Virus record (IMG/VR): IMGVR_UViG_3300020166_000003
Location: 1 to 50,477 of that record
DNA from: a virus
Taxonomy: Duplodnaviria > Caudoviricetes
Reading direction: 5' to 3' (one strand)
Length of the DNA: 50,477 nt
Below the pieces are notes generated by a model that worked only from the letters and a program-made list of their open reading frames with translations, did no database searches and was not told the DNA's origin. Below are positions 17,905-27,969 of the stretch, one piece after another. The position numbers were made by a program, and so were the translations under genes. The stretch's first letter is position 1; every line of letters begins with the position of its first letter.

Positions 17905-20780
17905 TATTGTATCTCACGGTACTCAACCCATATAGAGTCTAGTTCAGAAGTGAAGTTGCCGTTTGTTCCTGCATGAAAGGGGAACACTTCCCAATCCCCA
18001 CTAGCGTTGTAGTGTGCGCTTGTAAGTTTATAAGTTGCGGTAAAAGCATTTTCAAAATTTGCGTTAGTTACAGAGTATTTGGCATCTTGTCGATGGGATA
18101 TGGATTGTCCTATGCCTGTATTCACGCTAGATGAATTGACATAGCCTCCTTGCGTTTTCCCTGCGACCAGTGAGCCTGTGCCAGTAGTTCTATCTACCCT
18201 TAATCCACCAGTAATAGTGACTATCAACTCGGTTGTACCGCTTGATGGAGTTACAGTCAAAGTATCGCTTGTACCTTTAGCTAATGTACCCGTAGCGTTA
18301 GTGCCATTAGCAGTAAGACTCTCTAAGCCAGCACTAAGCCTGTTCACATAAGCTACTACACTTTCGCTTGTTGGTAGTTTGGTAGCAGAAGCCGTTGCCA
18401 TTGAATCATCATCAATGACAAAACTCATACTTGCTGTAGAAGTATCGGATTCCATTACAGCCCCCGCCGCATTCACATTGGCTGCGTCTGTTACATCAGC
18501 ACCCGCCTCTACGCCTGTAGTAGCTCCTACTGTTAGCCCTGCCGCAGTACCAGTGATGTTAGTGCCAACCAGCGTTGACGGTGTGCCTAAGTTTGGCGTG
18601 ACCAATGTAGGGCTAGTGCCGAACACTAATGCGCCTGAGCCAGTTTCATCCGATATAACCCCCGCTAATTGAGCCGAAGTAGTTGCCGCAAATTGAGATA
18701 GCGGATCAGCTACTAAAGCATCGCCTCCACCACTTAAAGTTACCCAAGATGAAGTGTTGTCTCCATCAGCCTGCAAAACCTTGCCTGCTGTTTCACCTGT
18801 AGAAGCAATATCCGCGCCTTCTACTGTGCCTGATGGAATTGTAGTGGCGTTACCTACACTTGTTACGTCACCTGTTAGGTTTGCATTTGTTGTAACCGTA
18901 GCCGCATTGCCTGTGATGTTTACTTGGTCGCCAGTGTTAGTACCAGAAGTGTTACCTATAACTACCTTCTCTGCATCGGTAACATAGTTATCATCCACTC
19001 CTAAAGCTGGTGCATAGTCTGTAGTGTCAAAAGCTTTTACTTGTGCTAGATTAACTACCTCGCTATCCATTAAGGCTCCAGCAGCCGTGACGTTTGTTAC
19101 GTCTGTTACATCAGCTAAAGCCTCTATCCCTGCCAGTTTAGTTACTTCTGCATCTGTATAAGCGTTCGTATTCGCTTCGCCTTCATAGGCCGCTTTAATC
19201 TCTGCGCCAGTTTGATCTGCTGTAGCGTTCGCTTCTATCGCATTTAGTTTACTTAATAGAGCATTAGTAAATGCATTAGTATCTGAATTAGATTCGTAGG
19301 CCGTCTTAATAGAGGGGGCATCTAAATTCTTATTTACTATTGTCCAGTCGCCTTCGACTGCTGCTGAGGCTATGTTAGAGATAAGCATATCTCCAATTTC
19401 AACATCAATCGTGAAGAATGTACCAGCAACTGTTACTGTGTATACGTCCCCTAATTCTGTAGTTATCTTGCCTGTATCGTCTAGGTTCGGGGTATTGGTT
19501 GAAGCGTTATAGCCTCCCTTGTAACTCATTTCTGATGTCAGCGCAGCAGCTACTTCTGCGTCTACGTAAGCTTTAGTGCTCTGTTGAGTCGGCACTTTAG
19601 TTGCGCTGTCGCTGACCATATCATCTTCATCAACAACAAAAGACATTGGCGCTGTAGTAGTGTCTGTGTTCATCACAGCACCTGCGGCATTGACGTTAGT
19701 AGCGTCAGTTACATCAGCTAAAGCTTCAATACCGTCAAGCTTTGAATGATCTGCTGTAGTAAAGTTTTCATCCGTTGCAACGTATGTTGCATCTATAACG
19801 GTGTTAGCATTATACGCTTGAACATTAACGCCTATATCGGCGTCCTTTAATATTGTTGCGTCAGCGCCTTCATAATCAGAAGGATCGAAGGCTTTAACCG
19901 CCACCAAATTAACGACTTCGCTATCCATTAAAGCACCAGCAGCCGTTACGTTCGTGGTATCAGTCACGTCCGCTAAGGCCTCTATTCCTGTGAGCTTACT
20001 AACAGCCGCGTCATCAAAAGCATTTGTGTCTGCTTCGGCCTCATAAGAGGCTTTAATCTCTGCGCCACTTTGGTCGCCAGTTGCCCCATCCTCAACATTA
20101 AGAAAAGAAAGGGTAGTGGTTTTATTCAAGCCTAAGACTATAGTGCCTGAAGTAGTTATAGGGCTTCCTGAATCTACCTCGATCCCATCGCTCCCCGATA
20201 TTGCAACGCTAGCTACTGTGCCCCCTGCGGTTGTGTCTACATAAGCCTTCACGCTTTGCTGTGTTGGGATTAACGTAGCACTATCGCTGACCATATCATC
20301 TTCATCTACAAAACCTGTGATGGTTATTGCACCGTCCGATACTTGGTTGACTGTGAGCAAGCCCGATACTGTAGCATTCTCATCTACTTGTAACACATCT
20401 ACATTAGCCGTCCCGTCTAGCCAAAGGTCTTTAAACTCTAAGGCCGCAGAGCCTATATCATAATAGTCGTCTTGTACGGGAACTAGGACTGCTGTTTTAA
20501 ACCTAAGCTGTTCTTCGGCTACACTAGCCACACTAGTCCATAGAGTCCACCAGTTATTTCCAGTGTCCACTTCAAACCTATTAGCGAAGTCTATGCTCCC
20601 TATCTTAGGGATATTCCCGCCTTCTCCCGTGCTTCCGTCATGCCTGTGCCCTGTTAGAGTACTACTAGAGCTGGAGTAATTAAAAGCGTCTACAAGCTGA
20701 TTGTACTCAGCGTTGAATAGACTGGCGAATATTACGTCGCCTGTTCCCATAGAGGATTGTCTTGTGTAGTTTTTAGCCAT
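17904..20780 (-). CDS. Tail fiber/spike protein 2, 958 aa
   Basis: N-terminus paralogous to the 630-aa fiber; repeated KLxGIEAxADVTD and DEDDMxSxSATKxPTQQS modules; beta-rich C-terminus. Confidence 0.8.
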   Translation of the reverse strand: MAKNYTRQSSMGTGDVIFASLFNAEYNQLVDAFNYSSSSSTLTGHRHDGSTGEGGNIPKIGSIDFANRFEVDTGNNWWTLWTSVASVAEEQLRFKTAVLVPVQDDYYDIGSAALEFKDLWLDGTANVDVLQVDENATVSGLLTVNQVSDGAITITGFVDEDDMVSDSATLIPTQQSVKAYVDTTAGGTVASVAISGSDGIEVDSGSPITTSGTIVLGLNKTTTLSFLNVEDGATGDQSGAEIKASYEAEADTNAFDDAAVSKLTGIEALADVTDTTNVTAAGALMDSEVVNLVAVKAFDPSDYEGADATILKDADIGVNVQAYNANTVIDATYVATDENFTTADHSKLDGIEALADVTDATNVNAAGAVMNTDTTTAPMSFVVDEDDMVSDSATKVPTQQSTKAYVDAEVAAALTSEMSYKGGYNASTNTPNLDDTGKITTELGDVYTVTVAGTFFTIDVEIGDMLISNIASAAVEGDWTIVNKNLDAPSIKTAYESNSDTNAFTNALLSKLNAIEANATADQTGAEIKAAYEGEANTNAYTDAEVTKLAGIEALADVTDVTNVTAAGALMDSEVVNLAQVKAFDTTDYAPALGVDDNYVTDAEKVVIGNTSGTNTGDQVNITGNAATVTTNANLTGDVTSVGNATTIPSGTVEGADIASTGETAGKVLQADGDNTSSWVTLSGGGDALVADPLSQFAATTSAQLAGVISDETGSGALVFGTSPTLVTPNLGTPSTLVGTNITGTAAGLTVGATTGVEAGADVTDAANVNAAGAVMESDTSTASMSFVIDDDSMATASATKLPTSESVVAYVNRLSAGLESLTANGTNATGTLAKGTSDTLTVTPSSGTTELIVTITGGLRVDRTTGTGSLVAGKTQGGYVNSSSVNTGIGQSISHRQDAKYSVTNANFENAFTATYKLTSAHYNASGDWEVFPFHAGTNGNFTSELDSIWVEYREIQ

Positions 20781-20781
20781 A

Positions 20782-22674
20782 TTAGTATTTGATCACGTAA
20801 GATACTGATGCGTTTTCTGGGCGGGACTCCGTGCCCCCATCGGCGTCTACTGTTACCGTGTGGTTGTGTTCGTCATTATCTACAGTAATAGTATGGTTGT
20901 GGGTGTCACTTACAATAGCATCTGTAGCTGTGTATCCAGCAGTAGCCCTGTAGCCCGCGTCCCCGAAGTAAGGCCCTGTCGCTGGGGCAGTCCCGCCAGC
21001 AAAGAAACTTGTCTCTATATCATGGTCGTGGGTATCGTTGGCTGATGAAGCTGTGTGATTATGGGTGTCGTTTCCAGAGGTAGCTGTGTGAGTGTGAGAT
21101 TTATTAGCGTTAGTCTGGTAAGTAGCAATGGCTCTGGCTGCGTCCCTTCCTGCACTATCATCCCAACCCCTTAAGAATCTACCACGGAAATCAGGCAAGT
21201 TAAAAGTGGTTGAGCCGTCCCCTACCCCCCACGCTGTTCCCAAGACTGCAAAGAGGCCAGCGTATGTCGTTCTACTAACGGCTGCGCCGCCACAATAAAG
21301 GTATCCCTCAGGCGCTACAAGGCTTGCGTCATAAGCTACGGCATGTACGGCTCCCGTTGGATCAGGGATTACTAGCGTATCTATATAAGCCTTAATGCTC
21401 TGTTGTGTAGCTAGTTTAGTAGCACTGTTGCTGCTCATATCATCTTCGTCTAGGACAAAGGACATAGAGGCTGTAGAAGTGTCGGCATTCAGTACTGCTG
21501 CGGTTTCTAGCGTATCTACGTAAGATTTAATGCTTTGTTGTGTAGCCAGCTTAGTTGCGCTGTTACTGTTCATGTCGTCTTCATCAACAACAAAAGACAT
21601 AGAGCCTGTGGATGTGTCTGCTTCCTGAACGGCTCCTGTTATTGTGGCGTCAACATAAGCCTTTACGCTCTGTTGCGTAGGAACTTTAGTGGCTAAGTCA
21701 CTAGCTAAGTTGTCTTCATCAACAACAAAAGACATAGCTGCTGTGGTAGTGTCTGTATTCATTACAGCGCCAGCAGCGTTTACATTCGTGGCGTCTGTTA
21801 CATCAGCACTGGCTTCGATAAGGTCTAGCTTTGCGCCATCTGTGGCTACGTCCCTTCCGTCTATAGTACTAGAGGTAGTGAGCGCCCCTGTGAGGCTTAA
21901 GGTTGTAAATGTGCCAGCCGCTGGAGTAATTGCACCTATAGGCGCGTTGTCTACGCTTCCCCCAGAGACTACAGGGCTTGTGAGTGTTTTGTTAGTTAAT
22001 TCCTGAGTGCCTGTAAGCGTAGTAACTGTTGAGTCAATATTAAAGGTTACTGTGTTCGAGGCTCCTACACTGGTTATTCCTGTGCCGCCCAAGAGCGATA
22101 AGGTCTCTGAGTCTAGGTCAATGTTTAATGCACCGCCTGAATCTGCTATAAAGTCTAAGTCCTGTGCGGTTACTTGGGCGTCTACATAAGCTTTAACACT
22201 CTGTTGGGTGGGCACTAGTGTGGCACTGTTTGAAGACATAGTATCTTCGTCTGCCCATCCTGTGATGGCGATAGTGCCGTCGCTAAGGCTTCCCCAGTAA
22301 GTTGTGCCTTCGACATACACATCTTTAAACTTTAAAGACGCTGTGCCTAAGTCAATATCATTTGTAGTAACAGGAACAATAGCTCCGTCCTGAAACCTAA
22401 TCTGCTCTACTGGGGCTGATGCTACTTCTACAAATACCCCCCATCGGTTATTGGCACTATCCGCAACTATCTTGTTGTTGAAGTCCATGTCTCCAATGAC
22501 GTATATGCTCCCGCCTTCGTTTGTGGAACCGTCGTGTCTATGTCCTGTGGCTGCTTCGTTCGTGCTTGAATACTTAAAAGCGTTTAATAGCGCATTGTAT
22601 TCATTATTAAACAAAGCAGCAGTAATTACGTCTCCTGTAGAGAATGTACTTTGTCGGGTGTAGTTATACGCCAT
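20782..22674 (-). CDS. Tail fiber protein 1 with tail-collar domain and HxH tip
   Basis: PEGYLYCGGAAVSRTTYAGLFAVLGTAWGVGDGSTTFNLPDFRGRFLRG collar motif; five HxH motifs; ESRPEN...YVIKY end. Confidence 0.9.
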   Translation of the reverse strand: MAYNYTRQSTFSTGDVITAALFNNEYNALLNAFKYSSTNEAATGHRHDGSTNEGGSIYVIGDMDFNNKIVADSANNRWGVFVEVASAPVEQIRFQDGAIVPVTTNDIDLGTASLKFKDVYVEGTTYWGSLSDGTIAITGWADEDTMSSNSATLVPTQQSVKAYVDAQVTAQDLDFIADSGGALNIDLDSETLSLLGGTGITSVGASNTVTFNIDSTVTTLTGTQELTNKTLTSPVVSGGSVDNAPIGAITPAAGTFTTLSLTGALTTSSTIDGRDVATDGAKLDLIEASADVTDATNVNAAGAVMNTDTTTAAMSFVVDEDNLASDLATKVPTQQSVKAYVDATITGAVQEADTSTGSMSFVVDEDDMNSNSATKLATQQSIKSYVDTLETAAVLNADTSTASMSFVLDEDDMSSNSATKLATQQSIKAYIDTLVIPDPTGAVHAVAYDASLVAPEGYLYCGGAAVSRTTYAGLFAVLGTAWGVGDGSTTFNLPDFRGRFLRGWDDSAGRDAARAIATYQTNANKSHTHTATSGNDTHNHTASSANDTHDHDIETSFFAGGTAPATGPYFGDAGYRATAGYTATDAIVSDTHNHTITVDNDEHNHTVTVDADGGTESRPENASVSYVIKY

Positions 22675-24278
22675 TATCGTCTTCCTGAAGGGTCGTAGTT
22701 AATATACAACCCGTTGATTGTATAAGGAGGTTTTGTATTTTCACTTTTAAGCCTATAGCTAGAGGTATGCCCTGAGCCTTCTACGGGCTGTCTTACCATA
22801 GGATCTACCGCGCCCCCAAATATGTCTGTCCCAAACACAGCCGTTCCCATCAGCGTGGGAGCGTCTATGGTTGTTAGTTCATAGTCAGATGGCTGGGGAC
22901 TGGAGGATGATCCATAATCATATCTTACTCTGAGCGTGGGGGACACGGCACCTTCAGGCGTTATGGACATTTCCACAGCCTTGATAGTCTTTAAAGTTCC
23001 TAGGTCTCCAAAGTCTAAGTACGGGGTCTCATAGCTTGAGAGTATGTTCCCGCCATTAAAGTCTGGGCCAGAATCATGTAAGTATATGTAGCCGTCATGG
23101 TCTCCGTGGTAGTATACTTCTTCGCCTACTTCATCGAACTCACTGGTTACAGAGGCTACTTCCATTTGGTGAATCTCTGACCACTGAAAGCCCTCTGCTG
23201 TTAGTGTGCCTATGAAGCCGCGAGCTTCTACCGCGTTTGCCCCATTAACATTATAAAAGAATCTGTACTGGGACTTATCCCTTATTACTGTACTGGAGAT
23301 TACATACTGGCTTATGTTAGAAGTGAGAGGCTCTACTAGTACTTGAATGGCGCGGCTGACGGAGCTTAGCTCTACGTCACCTATGCGCTCTGTTCCCGCT
23401 ATCTGCCTAAAGCCGTCAGGGGCTAAGAAGATCAGGTCTCCGCCAATCTCTTGAATACTTTGGCTGCTCACACAGCCGACATTGCCTGTCACTTGTGTTA
23501 TGGCTGCGGTAGCCGTGTCGTTAATGTTATCTAGTTTGTATATAGAATTTTCACAGAATATGTATAAGGACGCTCTAAAGCTTTTTATTCCTACTATTCT
23601 GTCTGGTATAGTATAGACCTCTGAGCCTGCTGAGGCGAAGTCAGTATCTGAATCCGTCGCTGAGACAGTCACCGTACTGGGAGTATTGGTCGTATCTATT
23701 ACGCATAAATGTTTATTGTGAACTTCTATGTGCTTAGCGGCTGCGGGCGCTCCTGCTCCCGAAACTTCTTCGTATACGAATTTTCTGGTTGCTCCAGTCC
23801 CGTCAATATGGAAGTGGCCCATTGGGTCTCCTCCCGTGGCTATGGTCAGAGACCCGTAAGGGTTTGTAGTGTGTCCTACAGCGGCTCTCATTATTTTAAA
23901 GGATGCTTTGCCTTGGAGGCTTCTTGGAAGCTCAGTAGCTGCTGCCATGTCCGCTTCTACTAAGCCTGCGTGGGTAGTGTCTTTATTGACCTGTAGCCAT
24001 GTGATACCATCCTCTGAGTAGAATACCCCGTCCCCCACACAGCAAATAAGGCCTAGCGCATAAGGCACTAAGCCGAGAATAGTATTCTCGCCGTTCGGTC
24101 TTGTAGCACTAACGCCTCCAAAAGGTTCATAGCCGTTAATACGTCTATACCCACCGTCAGGCTTGACCTCATAATTGATAAGCTCCGCAGCTAATCCAGG
24201 CTGAGCCAGTAGGTCGAACTTACTTAAAGTTTTATTGAGTCCTCCCTTGCAGGGGAATCCATAAGGCTGTGAAGGCAT
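22674..24278 (-). CDS. Tail nozzle/stabilisation protein (tubular protein B / P22 gp10-like)
   Basis: Beta-propeller-like composition, GCVSSQSIQEIGGDLIFLAPDG motif, position after adaptor. Confidence 0.75.
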   Translation of the reverse strand: MPSQPYGFPCKGGLNKTLSKFDLLAQPGLAAELINYEVKPDGGYRRINGYEPFGGVSATRPNGENTILGLVPYALGLICCVGDGVFYSEDGITWLQVNKDTTHAGLVEADMAAATELPRSLQGKASFKIMRAAVGHTTNPYGSLTIATGGDPMGHFHIDGTGATRKFVYEEVSGAGAPAAAKHIEVHNKHLCVIDTTNTPSTVTVSATDSDTDFASAGSEVYTIPDRIVGIKSFRASLYIFCENSIYKLDNINDTATAAITQVTGNVGCVSSQSIQEIGGDLIFLAPDGFRQIAGTERIGDVELSSVSRAIQVLVEPLTSNISQYVISSTVIRDKSQYRFFYNVNGANAVEARGFIGTLTAEGFQWSEIHQMEVASVTSEFDEVGEEVYYHGDHDGYIYLHDSGPDFNGGNILSSYETPYLDFGDLGTLKTIKAVEMSITPEGAVSPTLRVRYDYGSSSSPQPSDYELTTIDAPTLMGTAVFGTDIFGGAVDPMVRQPVEGSGHTSSYRLKSENTKPPYTINGLYINYDPSGRR

Positions 24279-25052
24279 TTATACCGTCCGTATTCTGTCG
24301 TCTGTTACATTCTCTGGTGCCACGCCCAACAAGTTCTCTCTCATGCTCCTGAGGCCTTTCTTATAATCCTCATCAGCTATCATAGACGCTTGGTAGTTAT
24401 GCTTAAACATCCAAATGTAGTAACGGGCTTTAGCTAGTAGCACTGTTCTGTACATGGCTGGAAAGACTACCTCGTCTGTACTTTCTACCAATTCTGTTGG
24501 CTGCTTGTACGCAAAGTATTTAATAGAGTATACCTTATCGGGTATAGGACTAAGACCAAAGTTTCTATTGTCGAAGCTTCGGATAACTCTGACGGGCGTT
24601 CCGCCCACGGAATCTCCTGCGTCGTCTTCGTTTTCTTGGTTCCTAAAAAAGTCTTGCCATTTTTGGACACTGATATAATCTAATGTCCTGTTCAAATAAG
24701 GAGCTGTCTCTCCCGCAACGCCGATGGTAGTTACATAAAAACTACTCCAATCCACGTTTGTATAATCTTCTGTGTGGTTAGCTGCGGCATCGTTAATAGG
24801 ATACCACCTCTGTCCCTCCACTGTGTCTTTAGCCACGTTACCATAGAAAGGATCGGCTAGTCCTGATTCGGCTACCGAAAGGAAAGGCCATCTAGGTTCT
24901 GCGTTTACGATGTCTAGGTAAGCTAGGTTAACTTTATCTTTCACCATCTGCTGTACGCCTAACGCGTCTGAGAAGTTTGCAGAAGTTAACGCTACTTCGT
25001 TTAGTTCCCTCAGAAGTTCATTGGTTAGATTGATAAATGAAGTAGAAGCCAT
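24279..25052 (-). CDS. Head-tail adaptor (tail tubular protein A-like)
   Basis: FINLTNELLRELNE...VNLAYLDI...WPFL pattern; first gene after capsid. Confidence 0.75.
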   Translation of the reverse strand: MASTSFINLTNELLRELNEVALTSANFSDALGVQQMVKDKVNLAYLDIVNAEPRWPFLSVAESGLADPFYGNVAKDTVEGQRWYPINDAAANHTEDYTNVDWSSFYVTTIGVAGETAPYLNRTLDYISVQKWQDFFRNQENEDDAGDSVGGTPVRVIRSFDNRNFGLSPIPDKVYSIKYFAYKQPTELVESTDEVVFPAMYRTVLLAKARYYIWMFKHNYQASMIADEDYKKGLRSMRENLLGVAPENVTDDRIRTV

Positions 25053-25069
25053 ATAGTTCTCTTAATGTT

Positions 25070-25100
25070 AAAAAAGAAAAAGGGGCGCGATGGCCCCTTA
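25070..25100 (-). terminator. Intrinsic terminator after major capsid gene
   Basis: - strand AGGGGC-CATCGC-GCCCCT followed by TTTTCTTTTTT. Confidence 0.85.
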
Positions 25101-25113
25101 ATCTTAAGCCTGT

Positions 25114-26106
25114 TTAGGCAGTTCCAGTTGTATAGTGAGCTACTACCATTGCTTCTGGGCGAAGAACTTTCGCACCGAAAACATGTAGACCTCGACACAC
25201 ATCGCCAAACGAATCTGGGTCACGGAATGTCTCTGTCTTGATGATAGTCTGGGCAGTCGCCGTAGCTGAAATATGTCCGCCTAACAATACGCCACTAGCT
25301 GTTGCTGGTGTTGCGAAGTTGTTAGTCTTATACATTTCAAAACCACGTAGTTTGCCTGAGCTTACTAGGCCGTTTCTGATTGAACCCATACCGCCGTTGT
25401 AGTCTACTGACATCAACTTAGAAGAAGTCTTAGACAACTCCTCGTAGAAATCAGGTGAGCCTACAACATAACGACCTTCCTCAGGTACATTCTCTGAGTC
25501 TAGCTTACGAGACATACGAGCTAATAGATCTAGAGGGTCAACACCATTAGTGCCGCCATTCAAATCTACAGAAGCTGTAGTTTCGTCAAGACCGCCTGTA
25601 CCTACTGCCGCGTCCGCACCGATAACATTATCGGGGGATGAGGCTGAAGCACCAGCAATCATCTTAGCTAAAACACCTTCGTCATACGCATCTTTCAAAG
25701 CGTAAGCTGCTGAGCTAGCTGCAACTTCTTTCCAGTTTACGTGAGACATTGAAGTTTCAATATCGTCCACTTTAAACTTAAAGCCGTTCGCCGTATCAAC
25801 TACGAGAGTATCTTCTTGGTCGGTTAGTTTTGTATCGGTAATATCCTGTCCACGTTCGTACTGATAAACAGTGATAGTAGGCTCTTTGACAATTCGTACT
25901 GAATCGCCGAAGGCCGTAATCTCGCCTGCATAATCTGTATTAGTAATGGCTTCTACTACTGCGCTCTTACGAAAAAAGTTAAGAACTTTCTTAGAATAAA
26001 CTTCAGGTAGAAAGAAGGAATTAGTTTGTCCACTGACACTGTTTGCAAAGTTTGCATTGGTATCGGTTGACGGTTCAAAATATTGGTCTGCTTGGTTATA
26101 AGCCAT
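25114..26106 (-). CDS. Major capsid protein
   Basis: FLPEVYSKKVL...ITNTDYAGEI...GDSVRI...RDPDSFGDVCRGLHVFGAKVLRPEA; strong AAGGAG RBS; followed by terminator. Confidence 0.92.
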   Translation of the reverse strand: MAYNQADQYFEPSTDTNANFANSVSGQTNSFFLPEVYSKKVLNFFRKSAVVEAITNTDYAGEITAFGDSVRIVKEPTITVYQYERGQDITDTKLTDQEDTLVVDTANGFKFKVDDIETSMSHVNWKEVAASSAAYALKDAYDEGVLAKMIAGASASSPDNVIGADAAVGTGGLDETTASVDLNGGTNGVDPLDLLARMSRKLDSENVPEEGRYVVGSPDFYEELSKTSSKLMSVDYNGGMGSIRNGLVSSGKLRGFEMYKTNNFATPATASGVLLGGHISATATAQTIIKTETFRDPDSFGDVCRGLHVFGAKVLRPEAMVVAHYTTGTA

Positions 26107-26153
26107 TGGATTTTCTCCTTATTAAATAATTGACAATAGGAGAAAGCGTGGCT

Positions 26154-26954
26154 TTAGCCCTTTACTACACGACCCTCCGTAACAGCTTTATCAATCTCTG
26201 CTTCGTACTTGTCGTATTGGTCTGGGGTTAAGCGGTCAATCTCCGATAATTTCCAGATCTTAGCCTGTCGCACTTCAGGTGCTGCGGACTTAGTAGAAAC
26301 TAAATCTGCATTAGACTTGGATCTGGGCTTGGTTGCTAGAGAAGACTTAATACCTTTTTCAGCTTTATAAAAATCAATAGCCCTACTTGCTAGGTCTGGG
26401 TTGTCAGGGTTCCGATAGATCCAATCTTGAATCTCCTCAGGCTGGGCTTCTGCCCATGCGTGAAAAGCGTCGTCTTCTTTGATCTTATCAAAATCAGGGT
26501 GTCGTTGCTGGAGGACTAGTAAAGCTTCCCGTTTGGTAACTTCAGCAGTCTTAGCTGCGATGGCCTGCACCTGTGCTTCCATGTCTCTTGTGCCTTCTGC
26601 TGTTTTTAATTCAGCTAAAGACGAGATATTCTTAAACAAGTCTGGGTATTCTTTTTGAAACGCTGCTAGGTTTTCAGGCATTTGCTGTGGCTGTGCTCTG
26701 ACAGCATCAACAGCTTCCTCCTGTTCCTTGCTTTGTTTCATCGAGTTGATCTTCTGATCGTAATGCTTCTTCAGATCATCGTATCTCTTTTTATAATCTA
26801 CTTCGCTCTGAGTTTGAGGGGCCTCATCGGGGGTAGCCTCGTCCTCTTCTTGTGCGAAGAACATGCTGTCAGCTCGTCCGTTGTCTGCTTTGTCAGGCTT
26901 GTGCCATGACTTTTTGCGGTTGTATGGATTCGCTTTTGGTTCTGGTTTACTCAT
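26154..26954 (-). CDS. Capsid scaffolding protein
   Basis: DYKKRYDDLKKHYD coiled coil, HPDF motif, EIDKAVTEGRV C-terminus; directly upstream of capsid gene. Confidence 0.8.
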   Translation of the reverse strand: MSKPEPKANPYNRKKSWHKPDKADNGRADSMFFAQEEDEATPDEAPQTQSEVDYKKRYDDLKKHYDQKINSMKQSKEQEEAVDAVRAQPQQMPENLAAFQKEYPDLFKNISSLAELKTAEGTRDMEAQVQAIAAKTAEVTKREALLVLQQRHPDFDKIKEDDAFHAWAEAQPEEIQDWIYRNPDNPDLASRAIDFYKAEKGIKSSLATKPRSKSNADLVSTKSAAPEVRQAKIWKLSEIDRLTPDQYDKYEAEIDKAVTEGRVVKG

Positions 26955-27128
26955 CTCTAATTTTCCTAGCTGGGGCTGTCAAATAATAGAAGTAGCTTCA
27001 CAATGTCTTAGTTAGGTATACGTTAAACTAAAGTCTGTAAAGGGTTCCTTACTACAGGTGGCCTTTAAGGTTGTTGTTTGTGAGAAGGGCCAACAATATA
27101 TATTTGCTGGGTAGCCTCTCGGTGGGTA

Positions 27129-27749
27129 CTACATGCTTGACATCTTATTAGAGCCAATCATTAATCTGTTAATCTCGTCTTGGAGAGGGAGCTTGCCCTC
27201 ATCGCGTATAAGGCCTCCGCCTGCTTTACGCATAAGGCCTCCGTCGTAGGCTCTTTCTGCTTCGTCCATCATGGACTGAAGGTTCTCAGGGCCTATCTGG
27301 TCTGTAGCCTTTTTAGTCATTACGAACTCCCCATCGCTTAGGCGTGCTGGGATCGAGTCACTTGTGCCGTCACCTTCTCCTTCTACCATACCTGAGCCGC
27401 TGAACTCTGTAGCCGCTACAATAACTTTCTCTACTATAGCCTCTAGGTCAGGGTCTGCGCTGATAGCTTGTTGGAGGTAGGAGGCTTCCTCGTCAGTGAG
27501 TACTTCTTCTACTACGTAACTGAAGTAATCCTCTTCGACTTCCTCGTCGCCTAGCTGTGAGGCTGCTAAGGCCTCTGGGTCTTCTACATTTGGGTAAGTG
27601 TCCTCAGGAACTGCCGCTTCCAGTTCAGCTTCCATCTCGGCTAGCTGTGCTTGCTCCAGTGCCGCAAGGTCGTCTACTCCGCCCCCTGCGTTCTTTTTCA
27701 TTCTGTTGTGGATACAGCTTCTTAGGCTTTTAGTTTCTCTTTTTTTCAC
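27129..27749 (-). CDS. Acidic head-module protein
   Basis: GEGDGTSDSIPARLSDGEFVMT motif; true start uncertain. Confidence 0.65.
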   Translation of the reverse strand: MKKRETKSLRSCIHNRMKKNAGGGVDDLAALEQAQLAEMEAELEAAVPEDTYPNVEDPEALAASQLGDEEVEEDYFSYVVEEVLTDEEASYLQQAISADPDLEAIVEKVIVAATEFSGSGMVEGEGDGTSDSIPARLSDGEFVMTKKATDQIGPENLQSMMDEAERAYDGGLMRKAGGGLIRDEGKLPLQDEINRLMIGSNKMSSM

Positions 27750-27969
27750 TGGCTTGTCCTATTACGTCTTCTTTTAAATTAAGCAGTTGGCGCACTAAAG
27801 CCAGCTTCCCCTGCAACTGGTACATTACCTGTGCCGATGGTTCCGTTTCCATTGCCCTGCTCTCCTTGGCTTGCAGGCCCAGCAGTAGCTCCTTGAGTGG
27901 GAGGTAGTGTTCCTCCTTGTTCACTAGGGGCACCAGTCTCCTCGCTAGGGACTTGTCCATTGGCAACAT
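27730..27969 (-). CDS. Small helical protein overlapping portal 3' end
   Basis: AGGA RBS 7 nt before ATG; YQLQGKLALVRQLLNLKEDV resembles small post-portal proteins. Confidence 0.6.
   Translation of the reverse strand: MLPMDKSLARRLVPLVNKEEHYLPLKELLLGLQAKESRAMETEPSAQVMYQLQGKLALVRQLLNLKEDVIGQASEKKRN

Noticed and set aside
17904-22674. Diversity-generating retroelement or invertase-driven fiber switching
   Set aside because: No reverse transcriptase, invertase or adenine-specific TR/VR pair seen
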